NCBI GenBank assembly: GCA_964537935.1
Contig: CAZICT010000001.1
Span: 277,553-341,552, forward strand
Origin: an uncultured Candidatus Saccharibacteria bacterium
GTDB lineage: Bacteria; Patescibacteriota; Saccharimonadia; Saccharimonadales; CAZICT01
Length of the DNA stretch: 64,000 nucleotides
Reading direction: 5' to 3'
Of the stretch, positions 28,030 through 37,918 are shown in pieces. Below the pieces are notes generated by a model. The model was given only the letters and a program-made list of their open reading frames with translations. It ran no database searches and was not told the DNA's origin. Position 1 is the first letter of the stretch. Every line of letters begins with the position of its first letter. Position numbers and translations under genes: made by a program.

Positions 28030-28611
28030 TTAGCTCATTATTGCCCGGTGCACGTCATGGACGCCCACCAATACGGGTTCGAGTTCCCTAACTAAAATAT
28101 TATCACTTCCAAGCCGGTCTTTGATAACTTCCAGCCGTTTTTGATAAAACCAATCCCGCGGCTTTGCATTCTTGCCAAAGTATTTTCGGGCCGTGTCCGG
28201 ATTTTTTTCATAAGCAATTAACATGTCTTTGCTGTTATGGAGCAAATCTGCACCGCTTATTATGCACGCTTCCTCAGGGCCTGCCTGAATTTGCTCAATG
28301 TACATCTGCCTTGATGGCTCATAGCCATATTTGTCTTCATAATGACTGACTGTTTCGACCAGCTGACGAACTCGCCTACCAAAGTCTCGTTGCATGTCTT
28401 CCGCTGAATACTTATCATCTGGTATATCCTCGAGTACATCGTGCAGCAATCCGGCTATCTGTACTTCTTTGTCATCTGTTACCTTGGTTATTATCGTATA
28501 AACTGAAAACAGATGCACCACATACGGCAAACCCGTACCTTTTCTGGTTTCGTGCCGGAATAAATCGGCTACCAGGTTTATCGCTTTCAAAAGCTGGTCA
28601 TCTAAAAGCAT
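28030..28611 (-). CDS. Stand-alone HD-domain protein resembling SpoT/Mesh1-type (p)ppGpp hydrolase
   Basis: 193 aa. FRHETRKGTGLPYVVHLFSV and AGLLHDVLEDIP fit the H...HD...ED pattern of RelA/SpoT hydrolase domains. Assignment is by motif only. Confidence 0.6.
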   Translation of the reverse strand: MLLDDQLLKAINLVADLFRHETRKGTGLPYVVHLFSVYTIITKVTDDKEVQIAGLLHDVLEDIPDDKYSAEDMQRDFGRRVRQLVETVSHYEDKYGYEPSRQMYIEQIQAGPEEACIISGADLLHNSKDMLIAYEKNPDTARKYFGKNAKPRDWFYQKRLEVIKDRLGSDNILVRELEPVLVGVHDVHRAIMS

Positions 28612-28624
28612 ATATACCTTTTTC

Positions 28625-29227
28625 TTAAGCTACTTCGCCGAGCGCCATTCGTGCAAACCGCCTGACTACAATGTTTTCGCCGAGTTTCGCAATATTTTCT
28701 TTGACGTAGTCACCGACCGTTTGGTCAGGATTTTTAACGAAAGGCTGGTTTAGCAAACATCTCTCAGCAAAATGCTTATTAAGCATGCCATCAACAATTT
28801 GATCTATCATATTGTCTGGCTTACCTTCAGATTTTGCTTTATCGGCAAATTCAGCCTTCTTAGCATCACGGACGTCAGCCGGCACATCATCGGCCTGGAC
28901 ATACTCAGGCGCACTAGCAGCGATATGCATAGCGATGTCTTTGACTAAACTAGTAAAGATTTCATTCCGGGCGACAAAATCAGTTTCGCAATTAACTTCT
29001 ACTAGAACACCTATGCGATTGTCATGATTATAATTACCGATAACCCCGGCACGAGCTTCACGTTCACCGCGCTTTTCAGCCTTTGTTAAGCCTTTTTTGC
29101 GCATCGCTTCAAGCGCTTTGTCGAAGTCGCCATCGGCCTCAACCAGCGCTTGCTTGGCGTCGGTTATCCCAACGCCGGTTAGTTCGCGTAGTCTCTTAAT
29201 TTCTTCAATTCCAAAATTTGTTGCCAT
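28625..29227 (-). CDS. tsf: Elongation factor Ts (short form)
   Basis: The track ORF extends to a TTG at 29248. However, AAGGAGG sits 5 nt upstream of the ATG at 29227 (MATNFGIEEIKRLRELTG...), so I use 29227. UBA-like N-terminus GVGITDAKQALVEADGDFDKALEAMRKKG. Confidence 0.9.
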   Translation of the reverse strand: MATNFGIEEIKRLRELTGVGITDAKQALVEADGDFDKALEAMRKKGLTKAEKRGEREARAGVIGNYNHDNRIGVLVEVNCETDFVARNEIFTSLVKDIAMHIAASAPEYVQADDVPADVRDAKKAEFADKAKSEGKPDNMIDQIVDGMLNKHFAERCLLNQPFVKNPDQTVGDYVKENIAKLGENIVVRRFARMALGEVA

Positions 29228-29254
29228 ATTATCCTCCTTAAAATTCAAAAAACG

Positions 29255-29992
29255 TTACTTTTCGTTTTTGTCTGCTGTTTTTGGCTCTGCCTTTTTGGCA
29301 TGCTTGCTGCGGCCTGCTTCAATAGCGGCGACCGCATAATCAGTAATCAGCTGAATAGCTTTGATAGCGTCATCATTGCTTGGGATAGGATAGTCGATAT
29401 CGCTCGGATCAGCGTTAGTGTCAACCATGGCGATTACCGGTATTTTAAGTTTACGGGCTTCGCGTACGGCATTCATATCATGAATTACATCAGTGATAAA
29501 AATAACGCCTGGTCGAACCGCTAGATTTTTGACACCCCCGTAAAGATGGTTAAGTTCATCAATTTCTTCCTGGAAGCGCTGGAGTTCAAGCTTGTTATAT
29601 TTGCTTGCCAATTGCCCGCTCTCCATCTTAGATTCCAGGTCTTTCAGGTGCTTGATTCGGCCATTGATAGTCGTACGGTTTGTCAACATTCCGCCAAGCC
29701 AACGCTCTACCACGTACGGCATTCCGGTTCGTTCTGCGGCTTTTTTAACTATGTCTTGCGCTTGGCGCTTAGTGCCTACGAGCAGTACTTGCTTACCTTC
29801 GGCCGTCGTATTTTCCAAGAACTTCAATGCTTCTTCGAGCCGTGAAACGGTCTTGGTTAAATCAATAATGTGATTGCCGCCACGCTTGCTGTGAATAAAA
29901 GGCGCCATCTTAGGGTGCCAACGACTGGTTTTGTGGCCAAAGTGCGCCCCCGATTCCAATAACTTTTTAATGTCTACCTCTACTGTAGCCAT
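29255..29992 (-). CDS. rpsB: 30S ribosomal protein S2
   Basis: 245 aa. Characteristic [10 protein letters not shown] and FVGTKRQA-like motifs, with a basic C-terminal tail. Confidence 0.96.
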   Translation of the reverse strand: MATVEVDIKKLLESGAHFGHKTSRWHPKMAPFIHSKRGGNHIIDLTKTVSRLEEALKFLENTTAEGKQVLLVGTKRQAQDIVKKAAERTGMPYVVERWLGGMLTNRTTINGRIKHLKDLESKMESGQLASKYNKLELQRFQEEIDELNHLYGGVKNLAVRPGVIFITDVIHDMNAVREARKLKIPVIAMVDTNADPSDIDYPIPSNDDAIKAIQLITDYAVAAIEAGRSKHAKKAEPKTADKNEK

Positions 29993-30195
29993 ATCTCTGT
30001 ATCCTTCCTCTTCGTATCAGGCTGACCCTAACTGGCCTAAGCAGGCTTCAGTTAAGGAGGATATATACCTTGATACTGATTTAGTTAATTACCGCATGAG
30101 TTTAACAGGTTTTTCTCTTTGTTACAAGAGATACAAGGAAGCCTAACGAATATCCTGAAGCGACTTTGTTAAAAACTCGAAACTCCGCCAAGGGG

Positions 30196-30224
30196 TTGAC
30201 AGGAGCTTAACAGAGGTGTAGACT
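30196..30224 (+). promoter_or_regulatory. Candidate sigma70-type promoter for rpmE-prfA-prmC
   Basis: TTGACA (30196-30201), a 17-nt spacer, then TAGACT (30219-30224). An ~75-nt leader ends in GAGGA before the ATG at 30305. Confidence 0.5.
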
Positions 30225-30304
30225 GCCCAAGTTGCTAAAGACCGACTGCAGTCCGATGCTCGCTGCTAACCGGTATCACTTTAAAGAGCACTGAGGATAA
30301 ATCG

Positions 30305-30691
30305 ATGAAAAAAGATATTCACCCCAAGAACTACCGCCCCGTAGTTTTTCAAGATCTCAACAATGACACCACTTTTTTAACCAAGTCAACCGTTGCAACC
30401 GATGAGACGATTAAACTCAACGGTACCGAATATCCGCTTGTAAAAATACATATCAGCAGCGCCTCTCACCCGTTCTTTACCGGTCAGGAAAAACTGGTCG
30501 ACATTGAGGGTCGCGTAGATAAATTTAAGGCCCGACAAGAAGCAGCTAAAGCCCGTCAAAGCGCTATGAAGCAAGCTGCTCAAAAGGCTGCCAAAAAAGC
30601 CAGCGCCAAGAATGCCGATAATGTTGATAAGGCTGAGGCTGAAGCCCAGAACACCGCTCAAAAACTCGGTACGCTAAAGACCAAAAGATAA
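30305..30691 (+). CDS. rpmE: 50S ribosomal protein L31, type B (no Cys), with ~55-aa Ala/Lys-rich C-terminal extension
   Basis: 128 aa. [10 protein letters not shown] ... HPFFTG core with no CxxC zinc motif. The tail reads [29 protein letters not shown]... Confidence 0.88.
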   Translation: MKKDIHPKNYRPVVFQDLNNDTTFLTKSTVATDETIKLNGTEYPLVKIHISSASHPFFTGQEKLVDIEGRVDKFKARQEAAKARQSAMKQAAQKAAKKASAKNADNVDKAEAEAQNTAQKLGTLKTKR

Positions 30692-30707
30692 CTTGGATTT
30701 TATTAAG

Positions 30708-30745
30708 AGCCGCTTAACTTTTCAGGGAGGCGGCTTTTCATTTGC
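30708..30745 (+). terminator. Candidate intrinsic terminator or attenuating hairpin after rpmE
   Basis: AGCCGC (30708-30713) pairs with GCGGCT (30730-30735) across a 16-nt loop, followed by TTTTCATTT. The loop is long, so this is moderate evidence only. Confidence 0.4.
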
Positions 30746-30765
30746 TGTTATATTAAGAAGGAACT

Positions 30766-31821
30766 ATGGACCAAAAAGAGCAAGCTTTGCGTAATGAACA
30801 CCAGGAACTGCAATCTCGTTTGCAGGATCCGGCTATTTACTCGACTAAAGAATATCCGAAACTTGCCAAACGCATGAGCTACCTTGAAGAGACGTTGGCT
30901 CTTTTTGATGAGCTAGCCGCTATTACGAAAAAAGAATCGGAAGCCTTGGAGCTTGTCGATGCCGGCGGCGAGCTTTCCGAACTTGCCCAAGCTGAGCTGG
31001 ACGAACTTAACACCCAAAAACTTACTACCGAACAAGCCCTCCAGGAAGCGTTAACCCCTAAAGATCCTAATGATGATCGCGATATCATAATTGAAATCAG
31101 AGCCGCCGCCGGCGGTGACGAAGCCAGCCTGTTCGCCGGTGAGTTATATCGTATGTACGTACGCTGGGCTGAAACGCATGATTATAAAACCGAACTTCTT
31201 AGTGAAAGTCCGAATGAGGTTGGCGGCTTTAAAGAAGTTGTGTTCACCATGCGTGGTCCGGAGCCTTATCGCATGATGAAGTTTGAAGCCGGCGTACACC
31301 GGGTCCAGCGTGTGCCTGCAACCGAGAGTCAAGGTCGCATCCACACCTCTACCGTAACCGTTTCTGTTTTACCGGAAGCCGAAGAAACCGATATAGAAAT
31401 CAATCAAAACGATCTTCGTATTGATGTTTTTCGCTCTGGCGGACACGGTGGCCAGTCGGTAAATACTACTGACTCCGCCGTGCGTATAACACATTTGCCA
31501 ACCGGCATGGTTGTAACTAATCAGGACGAGAAGTCGCAGATTAAGAATAAGGAGAAGGCTATGGGTATTCTACGTTCCCGCTTGCTCCAGCAAAAGATCG
31601 AAGAAGAACAAAAACAGCTTTCTGACGCCCGCCGCAAACTCATCGGCTCCGGCGACCGGTCAGAGAAAATCCGCACCTACAACTTTCCGCAGGACCGTAT
31701 CACCGACCACCGCATCGGCTACAGTCGCAGCAATATTCCCGGAGCACTCGACGGCAATATCGATGATCTTATCGAGAATCTGCATGCCTTCGAACATGAG
31801 CTGCTACAAAATGAAGATTGA
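30766..31821 (+). CDS. prfA: Peptide chain release factor 1
   Basis: 351 aa. PAT tripeptide ([14 protein letters not shown]) and GGQ (GGHGGQSVN). Ends in TGA at 31819-31821. Confidence 0.96.
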   Translation: MDQKEQALRNEHQELQSRLQDPAIYSTKEYPKLAKRMSYLEETLALFDELAAITKKESEALELVDAGGELSELAQAELDELNTQKLTTEQALQEALTPKDPNDDRDIIIEIRAAAGGDEASLFAGELYRMYVRWAETHDYKTELLSESPNEVGGFKEVVFTMRGPEPYRMMKFEAGVHRVQRVPATESQGRIHTSTVTVSVLPEAEETDIEINQNDLRIDVFRSGGHGGQSVNTTDSAVRITHLPTGMVVTNQDEKSQIKNKEKAMGILRSRLLQQKIEEEQKQLSDARRKLIGSGDRSEKIRTYNFPQDRITDHRIGYSRSNIPGALDGNIDDLIENLHAFEHELLQNED

Positions 31822-32641
31822 AGATTGGCTTAAGCAGGCCATCACTAAGCTGTCAGACATTAGTACGGCACGGTTGGATAGTTTAGTTTTACTTAGTGAT
31901 GAGCTTGGTAAAGACAAATCGTGGATTTTAGCGCACCAGGAGCATGAGCTGAGTGGTAACCAGGTGAAGACTCTTAATAAAAAGCTGGCCCGAAGAATAG
32001 CTCACGAACCTCTTGCCTACATCCGCGGCAAAACCGAGTTTTATGGCCGGGAATTCAAAGTTAATCCGCACACTCTGGAGCCTCGGCCGGAAACCGAAAC
32101 TATGATCGAGCTGCTCCTTGATAAAGTCAAAAAAGAAAGATTAAAAGAATTAAGCATCGTTGATGTAGGAACAGGAAGCGGGTGCATAGCCATTACTATC
32201 AAATTGGAGCTGCCAACCACGTCGGTTCATGCAACGGATATTGACGAAAAGTGTATTGCAACCGCTAAAGAGAATGCTCTGAGGCTTGGCTCTGATGTTA
32301 CTTTTTACCAAGGTGACTTATTGGAACCATTGCCATCTTCAATCTTCCAGCTTCCAACTTCCGGATCAGCCGTTCTTGCTAATCTTCCGTATATTCCCGA
32401 AGCCTACCATATCAATGAATCTGCTCAGTTTGAACCGCGCCATGCCATTTTTGGCGGTCCGGACGGACTCGACTTATATAAGCAACTCTTTTTACAAATA
32501 TCAAAACTGTCGCACCGCCCGTCGTGTGTGCTTACTGAATCATTGCCGTTTCAGCATCATAACCTTGCTCAAATTGCCCGCTCAAACGGCTACACTCTAA
32601 TTAATTCTCAGGATTTTATTCAGATATTTACGGCTGACTAA
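31811..32641 (+). CDS. prmC: Release-factor glutamine N5-methyltransferase PrmC/HemK
   Basis: The track ORF begins at 31763. The ATG at 31811 ([11 protein letters not shown]...) overlaps the prfA stop in the ATGAAGATTGA arrangement and is the more likely start. SAM motif [15 protein letters not shown] is a variant of the NPPY catalytic motif. Confidence 0.85.
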   Translation: MKIEDWLKQAITKLSDISTARLDSLVLLSDELGKDKSWILAHQEHELSGNQVKTLNKKLARRIAHEPLAYIRGKTEFYGREFKVNPHTLEPRPETETMIELLLDKVKKERLKELSIVDVGTGSGCIAITIKLELPTTSVHATDIDEKCIATAKENALRLGSDVTFYQGDLLEPLPSSIFQLPTSGSAVLANLPYIPEAYHINESAQFEPRHAIFGGPDGLDLYKQLFLQISKLSHRPSCVLTESLPFQHHNLAQIARSNGYTLINSQDFIQIFTAD

Positions 32642-33840
32642 TCGTCGGTGGGCGCGGCTTCCAGAGTCACGCTTATAGTTTGTTCCTGACCATCGCGCAC
32701 GATTGTTAATTCTACCGATTCTCCTACGTCATGGCGACCAATCAGCGAAGTTAAGCTGTTCGACTCGTCAATTTCTTCTCCGTTAACTTTGGTGATAACA
32801 TCACCCTCTTCCAGACCGGCTTTTTCTGCTGGACTGTCCGGTAAGACTGACGGTTCACTGTCTTCGCTCGGCACTATGTAGGCCCCACGCTTGGTTTCCA
32901 AATCAAACTGAAACGCATAGTCATCAGTCAAAGGAATGTAACGTACGCCTAGATACGGACGCTCAAGCACTCCCCTTTCTAACACGCTGTTGATTAAACC
33001 TTTTATATCATTGATAGGTATAGCAAATCCGATATTCTCCGCTCCGCCACCAGCGATAGCAGTGTTGATGCCAATTACTTCTCCTTCAATATTTACCAGC
33101 GGTCCGCCAGAGTTGCCCTGATTGATCGCCGCATCCGTCTGGAAAAGGTTTTGCAAGGTTTCATTACTAAAGCTATCACCCGCCACGACACTTCGGCCAT
33201 AGCCGGAAATAATGCCGGACGTAACGGTGTTTTGGAATTGACCCAGTGCATTACCTATGGCAATGACTTTATCACCTACTTTTACCTCACTGGAATCGCC
33301 CAGCTTAATTGGTTTTAGGTCTTTATCTTTTGCATCATTAATCTTAAGGAAGGCAACATCCAACGGATCATTCTCAGCAGTTCGCCCAATAACTTCGACA
33401 TCTTCCAGTTCAGTTCCGTCAGATAAAGTTACGCTGACTTTTGAAGTGCTTGCCGGGATGACATGCCTGTTAGTAACCACTACTCCGTCTTCACGGATGA
33501 TAAAGCCGGTACCGGCGCTTTCGGAGCGAAACCTTTGGCCGAAACTAAAGAATCCGCGTGACGTCGATTCGCTGACCACATTGACCGACACGACACTTGG
33601 ACCGACCTGTTCGGCAAGATCACTTATAAGCTGGCTCTCATTTAGGATAATTTGCTGGCGGGATTCCGGTGTCTCGCCACTTAGAATACCGCTTTGCCGG
33701 CTGTTCGAGCCGGCCCAGCCACCCAAAAAGCCGGCCGAGGTACTGATTAATATCAGCAAAGTTAGGCCTAGTGCCCGAACCTTTGAAGGGCTCGGTTGAT
33801 TCAAGTCACGCGCGGTTTTTGAATGATCGTCGTTCTTCAT
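32638..33840 (-). CDS. htrA: HtrA/DegP-family serine protease with one PDZ domain
   Basis: 400 aa. N-terminal TM anchor. Trypsin-like triad contexts TNRHVI, DVAFLKI and GNSGGPLVN. C-terminal PDZ domain. The stop codon overlaps the convergent prmC stop (CTAA). Confidence 0.88.
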   Translation of the reverse strand: MKNDDHSKTARDLNQPSPSKVRALGLTLLILISTSAGFLGGWAGSNSRQSGILSGETPESRQQIILNESQLISDLAEQVGPSVVSVNVVSESTSRGFFSFGQRFRSESAGTGFIIREDGVVVTNRHVIPASTSKVSVTLSDGTELEDVEVIGRTAENDPLDVAFLKINDAKDKDLKPIKLGDSSEVKVGDKVIAIGNALGQFQNTVTSGIISGYGRSVVAGDSFSNETLQNLFQTDAAINQGNSGGPLVNIEGEVIGINTAIAGGGAENIGFAIPINDIKGLINSVLERGVLERPYLGVRYIPLTDDYAFQFDLETKRGAYIVPSEDSEPSVLPDSPAEKAGLEEGDVITKVNGEEIDESNSLTSLIGRHDVGESVELTIVRDGQEQTISVTLEAAPTDD

Positions 33841-33866
33841 TGCGTTTCACCCCCTAATTACCTAAA

Positions 33867-34610
33867 CTAAATTGCTTTATCGCCCCAGTCAGAAAACACC
33901 AATACGATTGTTACGATAAGAATCATTATACCTATAAATTCATACCGGAGCAGCCTGCTCAAGCGGTCGTTGTGCTCTAAATAGTACACCGCACCGATAC
34001 CAAAGCCTAAAACACTCAACAAGAAAGCCGCTTGGGCAACTACACCATAAAATAGCAACCAGTGGCCAAGCAACCACATCAGGGCAGCGCCGAAATATCC
34101 CCAAGTATGGGCGTATAGGCTGGTGTACTGCTCTTCAAATGAGGTAAAGAAGTGTCTTGCAGCCGAAAAGCATATCACCCAAACACCCAGCATTAAAAAG
34201 ATAAGTGGTGATTGTGGCCAAGCCAACAGAACTGCGTTAATACCGAGTGATTGAGCAACCAAAGCCTGAAGCGACGTCTTGGCAATGGTAGTGCCAGGCT
34301 TGACCACCACCAACCACAATACATAGAGCAAAGCCCATATAAATTGATGTGATGCATTCGGTGCGCTAAGCGACATGTACACTACAAAAGACAGGCCGGC
34401 AATGATATCAACGGCATTTGCCTGGATACTGGCCAGCCAGTGACGAGGCCTTACCGAGAACATTCGCCACTTGCTAATTATGACTAGTGCCGCGCCCACA
34501 GAGGCAAAATCTATGCGTACAAGTACAAAAATAATAAATGGCAAAAAGACATTAAGACCAATATGGAAAATATGTGAATAGCCGCTCGCCGGCTTAAGCT
34601 TAGCTAACAT
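33867..34610 (-). CDS. Hypothetical polytopic membrane protein
   Basis: 247 aa, about 7 hydrophobic helices, no motif recognised. Confidence 0.5.
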   Translation of the reverse strand: MLAKLKPASGYSHIFHIGLNVFLPFIIFVLVRIDFASVGAALVIISKWRMFSVRPRHWLASIQANAVDIIAGLSFVVYMSLSAPNASHQFIWALLYVLWLVVVKPGTTIAKTSLQALVAQSLGINAVLLAWPQSPLIFLMLGVWVICFSAARHFFTSFEEQYTSLYAHTWGYFGAALMWLLGHWLLFYGVVAQAAFLLSVLGFGIGAVYYLEHNDRLSRLLRYEFIGIMILIVTIVLVFSDWGDKAI

Positions 34611-34612
34611 TT

Positions 34613-36253
34613 TTAGAAATTACTGCTCTCATTTTGCCCCAGTATTATAACAAAATCGATTCCTTCGGTAGCGATAGTGTTGTCGGACATACTTGTGGCA
34701 GCTGAAGTATTTAGACGCTTCTCGAGATAGGCTTTGGTGTATTTTTTCTCTCCGCCGGTAAGGTCTACAAGAATGGTATTCACATAACCTTTGGTTGGCG
34801 CATCGGCAACCGTAGTAACGTTATAGCCATATGATCGAAGATCGGTGGCTTTTGTACCGGCCAATCCGCCAATATTAGTACCGTTATAGATGGCTATAGT
34901 TGCGTCTTCGTCACGAATAAACGCGTCCTTTAAAGTGTTCCTAACAAAGCTTTGTATTTCACTGAAATCGCTGATACCGGCTCTAGGCACCACCACAGAT
35001 TGACCGCCTATATTAGCTGTATGCACGAAGTCGTTTGGCGGGTCAGCCAACCCAATAGACGAAATCTTACTACCGTCGATTTTGCTACCTATTTCATATA
35101 GGCGCATTACTTCGTTAAGAGAAAGGTTGGAGGTCATATTATCTCCAAAGTCAGACAAAAGATCAGAAACGGTTTTTGGATTGGCCAATGTTCCAAGTGA
35201 GAATATTCTATCTTTTAAGCCGATGAGCATTTGTCGCTGGCGCTCGGTACGATCAAAATCACCACGCCTGGAAGTCATACGTGAGCGTGAATACGCCAGC
35301 GCTTTGAAGCCATCGAAAGACTGTCTGCCGGTTTGAACGTTTAAGATGTATTGCTGGCCATTTATATGCATTACTTCATACAGCGGCTCACTTACGTCGA
35401 TTTCGACGCCACCAACCGTATCCACTGCTCGCTCAAAGCCCTTAAAATCAATCATCATATGGTAGTGGATCGGGATGCCCATGGATTGTTCAACTGCTGA
35501 TTCTATGGCATTAAAGCCCGCTTCTTCAGCTTTTTCTTCCTGGTTTTCAATAGGAGCACCGTTAAGGACAGCGTATTTAGCATTGGCATAGACTGCATTT
35601 ATTTTAGTATTCCCCTGGTCTGAGCTTACCCAAAGGTCCCTGGGAATACTTAACAGAGATGCCTCATACTGAATCGGGTCAATACTGGCCACTAGAATAG
35701 TATCTGTAAGGTCCGGAGCATCATGCCCGGGACCGCCTTTGCCAAGCAGCAGAATATTCACGCGCCCATCACCTTCACCATTGAGAGCAGTTGGATCGAC
35801 ATTTTCCTGCAAGCCGGCAGCTCCGGCCGTACCACCCTTAAATATCTCTCTGGCTTTAAGGTAGCCCTTTCCAGCAATATATCCGGTTACCAACACTCCG
35901 GCAATCAGAATTGTAGAAAATGTCTTCATGGCAACTCTTGGCCAGCTTTTGCCTGACAATTTCTTAAAACTGGTTTTTGGCGCCGCATCAGGCAACAAGA
36001 GGTCAATCTTTCCTTCTGTATTACGGCGTGGATTTCGGCCTGTAGACGTTCGTCGGGCGACAGGACGCTCTAAAGGAGCCGTAGGACGAACCGGATGGAA
36101 TCCATCAGCCGCCTTAAAATCAGGCCCTGCCCCTCTTCTTCGCGTATTATCCATACCGGAAGCCGAAGAAGCCGGGTTTGCTCTTATAAAGCCATCTGTA
36201 GTAGTGGTTCTTCTAGAGGTGTTTGTTTTAGTCTTAAAGCGTCTTTTGTCCAT
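34613..36253 (-). CDS. LytR-CpsA-Psr (LCP) family glycopolymer-peptidoglycan ligase with C-terminal LytR_C-like domain
   Basis: 546 aa. A long basic N-terminal tail and a TM helix. The LCP core is RVNILLLGKGG...DLTDTILVASIDP...LLSIPRDLWV. A C-terminal domain follows (TIAIYNGTNIGGLAGTKATDLRSYGYNV). Confidence 0.85.
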   Translation of the reverse strand: MDKRRFKTKTNTSRRTTTTDGFIRANPASSASGMDNTRRRGAGPDFKAADGFHPVRPTAPLERPVARRTSTGRNPRRNTEGKIDLLLPDAAPKTSFKKLSGKSWPRVAMKTFSTILIAGVLVTGYIAGKGYLKAREIFKGGTAGAAGLQENVDPTALNGEGDGRVNILLLGKGGPGHDAPDLTDTILVASIDPIQYEASLLSIPRDLWVSSDQGNTKINAVYANAKYAVLNGAPIENQEEKAEEAGFNAIESAVEQSMGIPIHYHMMIDFKGFERAVDTVGGVEIDVSEPLYEVMHINGQQYILNVQTGRQSFDGFKALAYSRSRMTSRRGDFDRTERQRQMLIGLKDRIFSLGTLANPKTVSDLLSDFGDNMTSNLSLNEVMRLYEIGSKIDGSKISSIGLADPPNDFVHTANIGGQSVVVPRAGISDFSEIQSFVRNTLKDAFIRDEDATIAIYNGTNIGGLAGTKATDLRSYGYNVTTVADAPTKGYVNTILVDLTGGEKKYTKAYLEKRLNTSAATSMSDNTIATEGIDFVIILGQNESSNF

Positions 36254-36279
36254 AAGAAACTCATTAAAGTATAGCGTTT

Positions 36280-37038
36280 ATGTCTAGTGAGAGTAAACAC
36301 TTTATTATCGTAGCGGATGGCTGCAATGTGAGGTATAGTGTTGTAGTTACTATGCAGCAGAATGACAACACACCACACGTAGAAGATAGCAAACCTGCGG
36401 TTGAAACACCACCACAATTATCACAAAAATCACCTTCAGACTCACAAAAGAAGACTCCATTGTTTAATAGAATTCGTGGTTTTCTCTCGACAGCAGGGAT
36501 TTTTATAGCTGCTATCTTGCTTGCCTGGCTAATGATAACCTTCGTGTTTCAGACATATGTAGTTGACGGGCCAAGCATGGAGCCGACACTGAGTAATAAC
36601 GATCGCTTAATTGTTCAAAAGCTCGGTCGCACCTGGGCTAGGATAACCAATGAAAGTTATATACCTGACCGTGGAAGCATAATAGTCTTTGAGAAGCATG
36701 GATTATATGAATACGGCACCAGCCAGAACAAACAACTCATTAAACGCGTTATCGGCCTGCCGGGTGACAGAGTGGTAGTCCGTGACGGTGTGCTGACGAT
36801 CTATAATGATGAAAATCCGCAAGGCTTCCGGCCTGATCAGACTCTGGATTACGGAGACAGTATACGATCAACAAATGGCAATGTTGACATAGTTGTTGGC
36901 GAGGGAGAGCTGTTTGTAGCCGGAGACAACCGGTCCAACTCATATGATTCGCGATCTTTCGGTACAATCGATGCTGACAATGTTATCGGCGAGCTAAAAC
37001 TTCGTATTCTGCCGCTGGACAAAGCGACCGCATTTTAA
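36280..37038 (+). CDS. lepB: Signal peptidase I
   Basis: 252 aa as drawn. Catalytic Ser context GPSMEPTL and Lys context KRVIGLPGD. The true start may be the ATG at 36352, which would leave a 98-bp divergent intergenic region instead of 26 bp. Confidence 0.85.
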   Translation: MSSESKHFIIVADGCNVRYSVVVTMQQNDNTPHVEDSKPAVETPPQLSQKSPSDSQKKTPLFNRIRGFLSTAGIFIAAILLAWLMITFVFQTYVVDGPSMEPTLSNNDRLIVQKLGRTWARITNESYIPDRGSIIVFEKHGLYEYGTSQNKQLIKRVIGLPGDRVVVRDGVLTIYNDENPQGFRPDQTLDYGDSIRSTNGNVDIVVGEGELFVAGDNRSNSYDSRSFGTIDADNVIGELKLRILPLDKATAF

Positions 37039-37039
37039 C

Positions 37040-37918
37040 TTAGCTTTTTTGTAGACGTTTGATTAGCTGCTCAAGCGCCTCATCATTCTTAAAATGAAGC
37101 TCAAGTTTGCCGCCCTTGGCGGTCCTTCTGATTGTGACGGGTACATTAAGCCTCTTGGCAAGCACTTTGGTGGCTGGAGTTTCGTTGGATAAATGCCGTA
37201 TGCGGTCTTGAGTTCTGTTAGCTCCAGATTTAACTGCAGCTACATATTGTTCCGCTTGGCGGACAGACCATTTATTCGTAAGTATCAACTCGAGCAACTG
37301 TGCCTGTTGAGCGACATCCTCCTTTAGGGACAATATGGCCCGGGCGTGACCTTCCGTAATCGCCTGAGATTGCAGTGCTTCACGTGCTGCTGGCGGCAAT
37401 TGTAAGAGTCGCACAATATTACTAATAGTGGTTTCTGCTTTGCCGAGCCGTTTAGCTATTTCGCTATAGCTTTTATTAAATTGGGAGTGCAGTTTTTCGA
37501 TTGAGACCGCTTGTTCAATCGGTGACAGATCCACCCGCTGAACGTTCTCCACGAGTGCGATTTCCAACTGCTCTAGTTCTTTTCGATCCCTCACAATCGC
37601 AGGTATTTGTTCAAGGCCGGCTATTTGGGCTGCCCGCCAGCGTCGTTCACCTGCAACTATTATAAATTTTTTATCCGATGTGCTTGTGAGTGGTGAAAGA
37701 ACGATAGGTTGCAGCACTCCGTATTGCTTTATAGAAGCCGCCAATTCATTAAGTGCCTGCTTGTCAAAATGAGTCCTTGGCTGCTCACTATTAGGTTCGA
37801 TATCCTTAATGAATACTTTTTTTACTCGCTCACCTGCCTCCATAATAAGAGAGGTATCAAAATCCTTAGGCATTAAAGCGTCAAAGCTCTTACCAAGTCC
37901 CGGCTTCCTAGCTGACAT
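37040..37918 (-). CDS. parB: Chromosome partitioning protein ParB
   Basis: The track ORF begins at a TTG at 37927. The ATG at 37918 (MSARKPGLGKSFDALMP) has AAGGAG 10 nt upstream. ParB-box motif IVAGERRWRAAQIAGL. Overlaps the parA 3' end by 11 nt. Confidence 0.9.
   Translation of the reverse strand: MSARKPGLGKSFDALMPKDFDTSLIMEAGERVKKVFIKDIEPNSEQPRTHFDKQALNELAASIKQYGVLQPIVLSPLTSTSDKKFIIVAGERRWRAAQIAGLEQIPAIVRDRKELEQLEIALVENVQRVDLSPIEQAVSIEKLHSQFNKSYSEIAKRLGKAETTISNIVRLLQLPPAAREALQSQAITEGHARAILSLKEDVAQQAQLLELILTNKWSVRQAEQYVAAVKSGANRTQDRIRHLSNETPATKVLAKRLNVPVTIRRTAKGGKLELHFKNDEALEQLIKRLQKS

Noticed and set aside
30244-30253. A perfect 10-bp palindrome, GACTGCAGTC, in the rpmE leader, considered as a possible operator or ribosomal-protein autoregulatory element.
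   Set aside because: It is too short to form a stable hairpin and has no supporting second site. It could be chance, since it contains a CTGCAG palindrome. I noted it but did not call it.
31763-31810. The 16-codon N-terminal extension of prmC in the ORF track ([16 protein letters not shown]...). The same issue applies to the TTG-initiated extensions of tsf (29228-29248) and parB (37919-27927 region, i.e. 37919-37927).
   Set aside because: The extensions overlap the upstream gene and lack SD support. Internal ATG codons with proper SD spacing or stop/start coupling give N-termini typical of the families.
31819-31821. Possible alternative genetic code (UGA recoding, as in some CPR lineages).
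   Set aside because: prfA terminates at TGA, an intact RF2 gene is present, and conserved proteins read through without in-frame TGA. The standard bacterial code fits.
33257-33799. A 180-aa plus-strand ORF inside htrA. Similar antisense ORFs lie at 16070-16546 (inside rsmE), 1912-2340 and 2572-2967 (inside ctp), 27455-27856 (inside frr) and 24746-25033 (inside or beside the CPBP gene).
   Set aside because: Each lies entirely within a gene that has clear family motifs on the other strand or in another frame. Their translations are low-complexity Ser/Pro/Leu-rich with no motifs. They are typical shadow ORFs.
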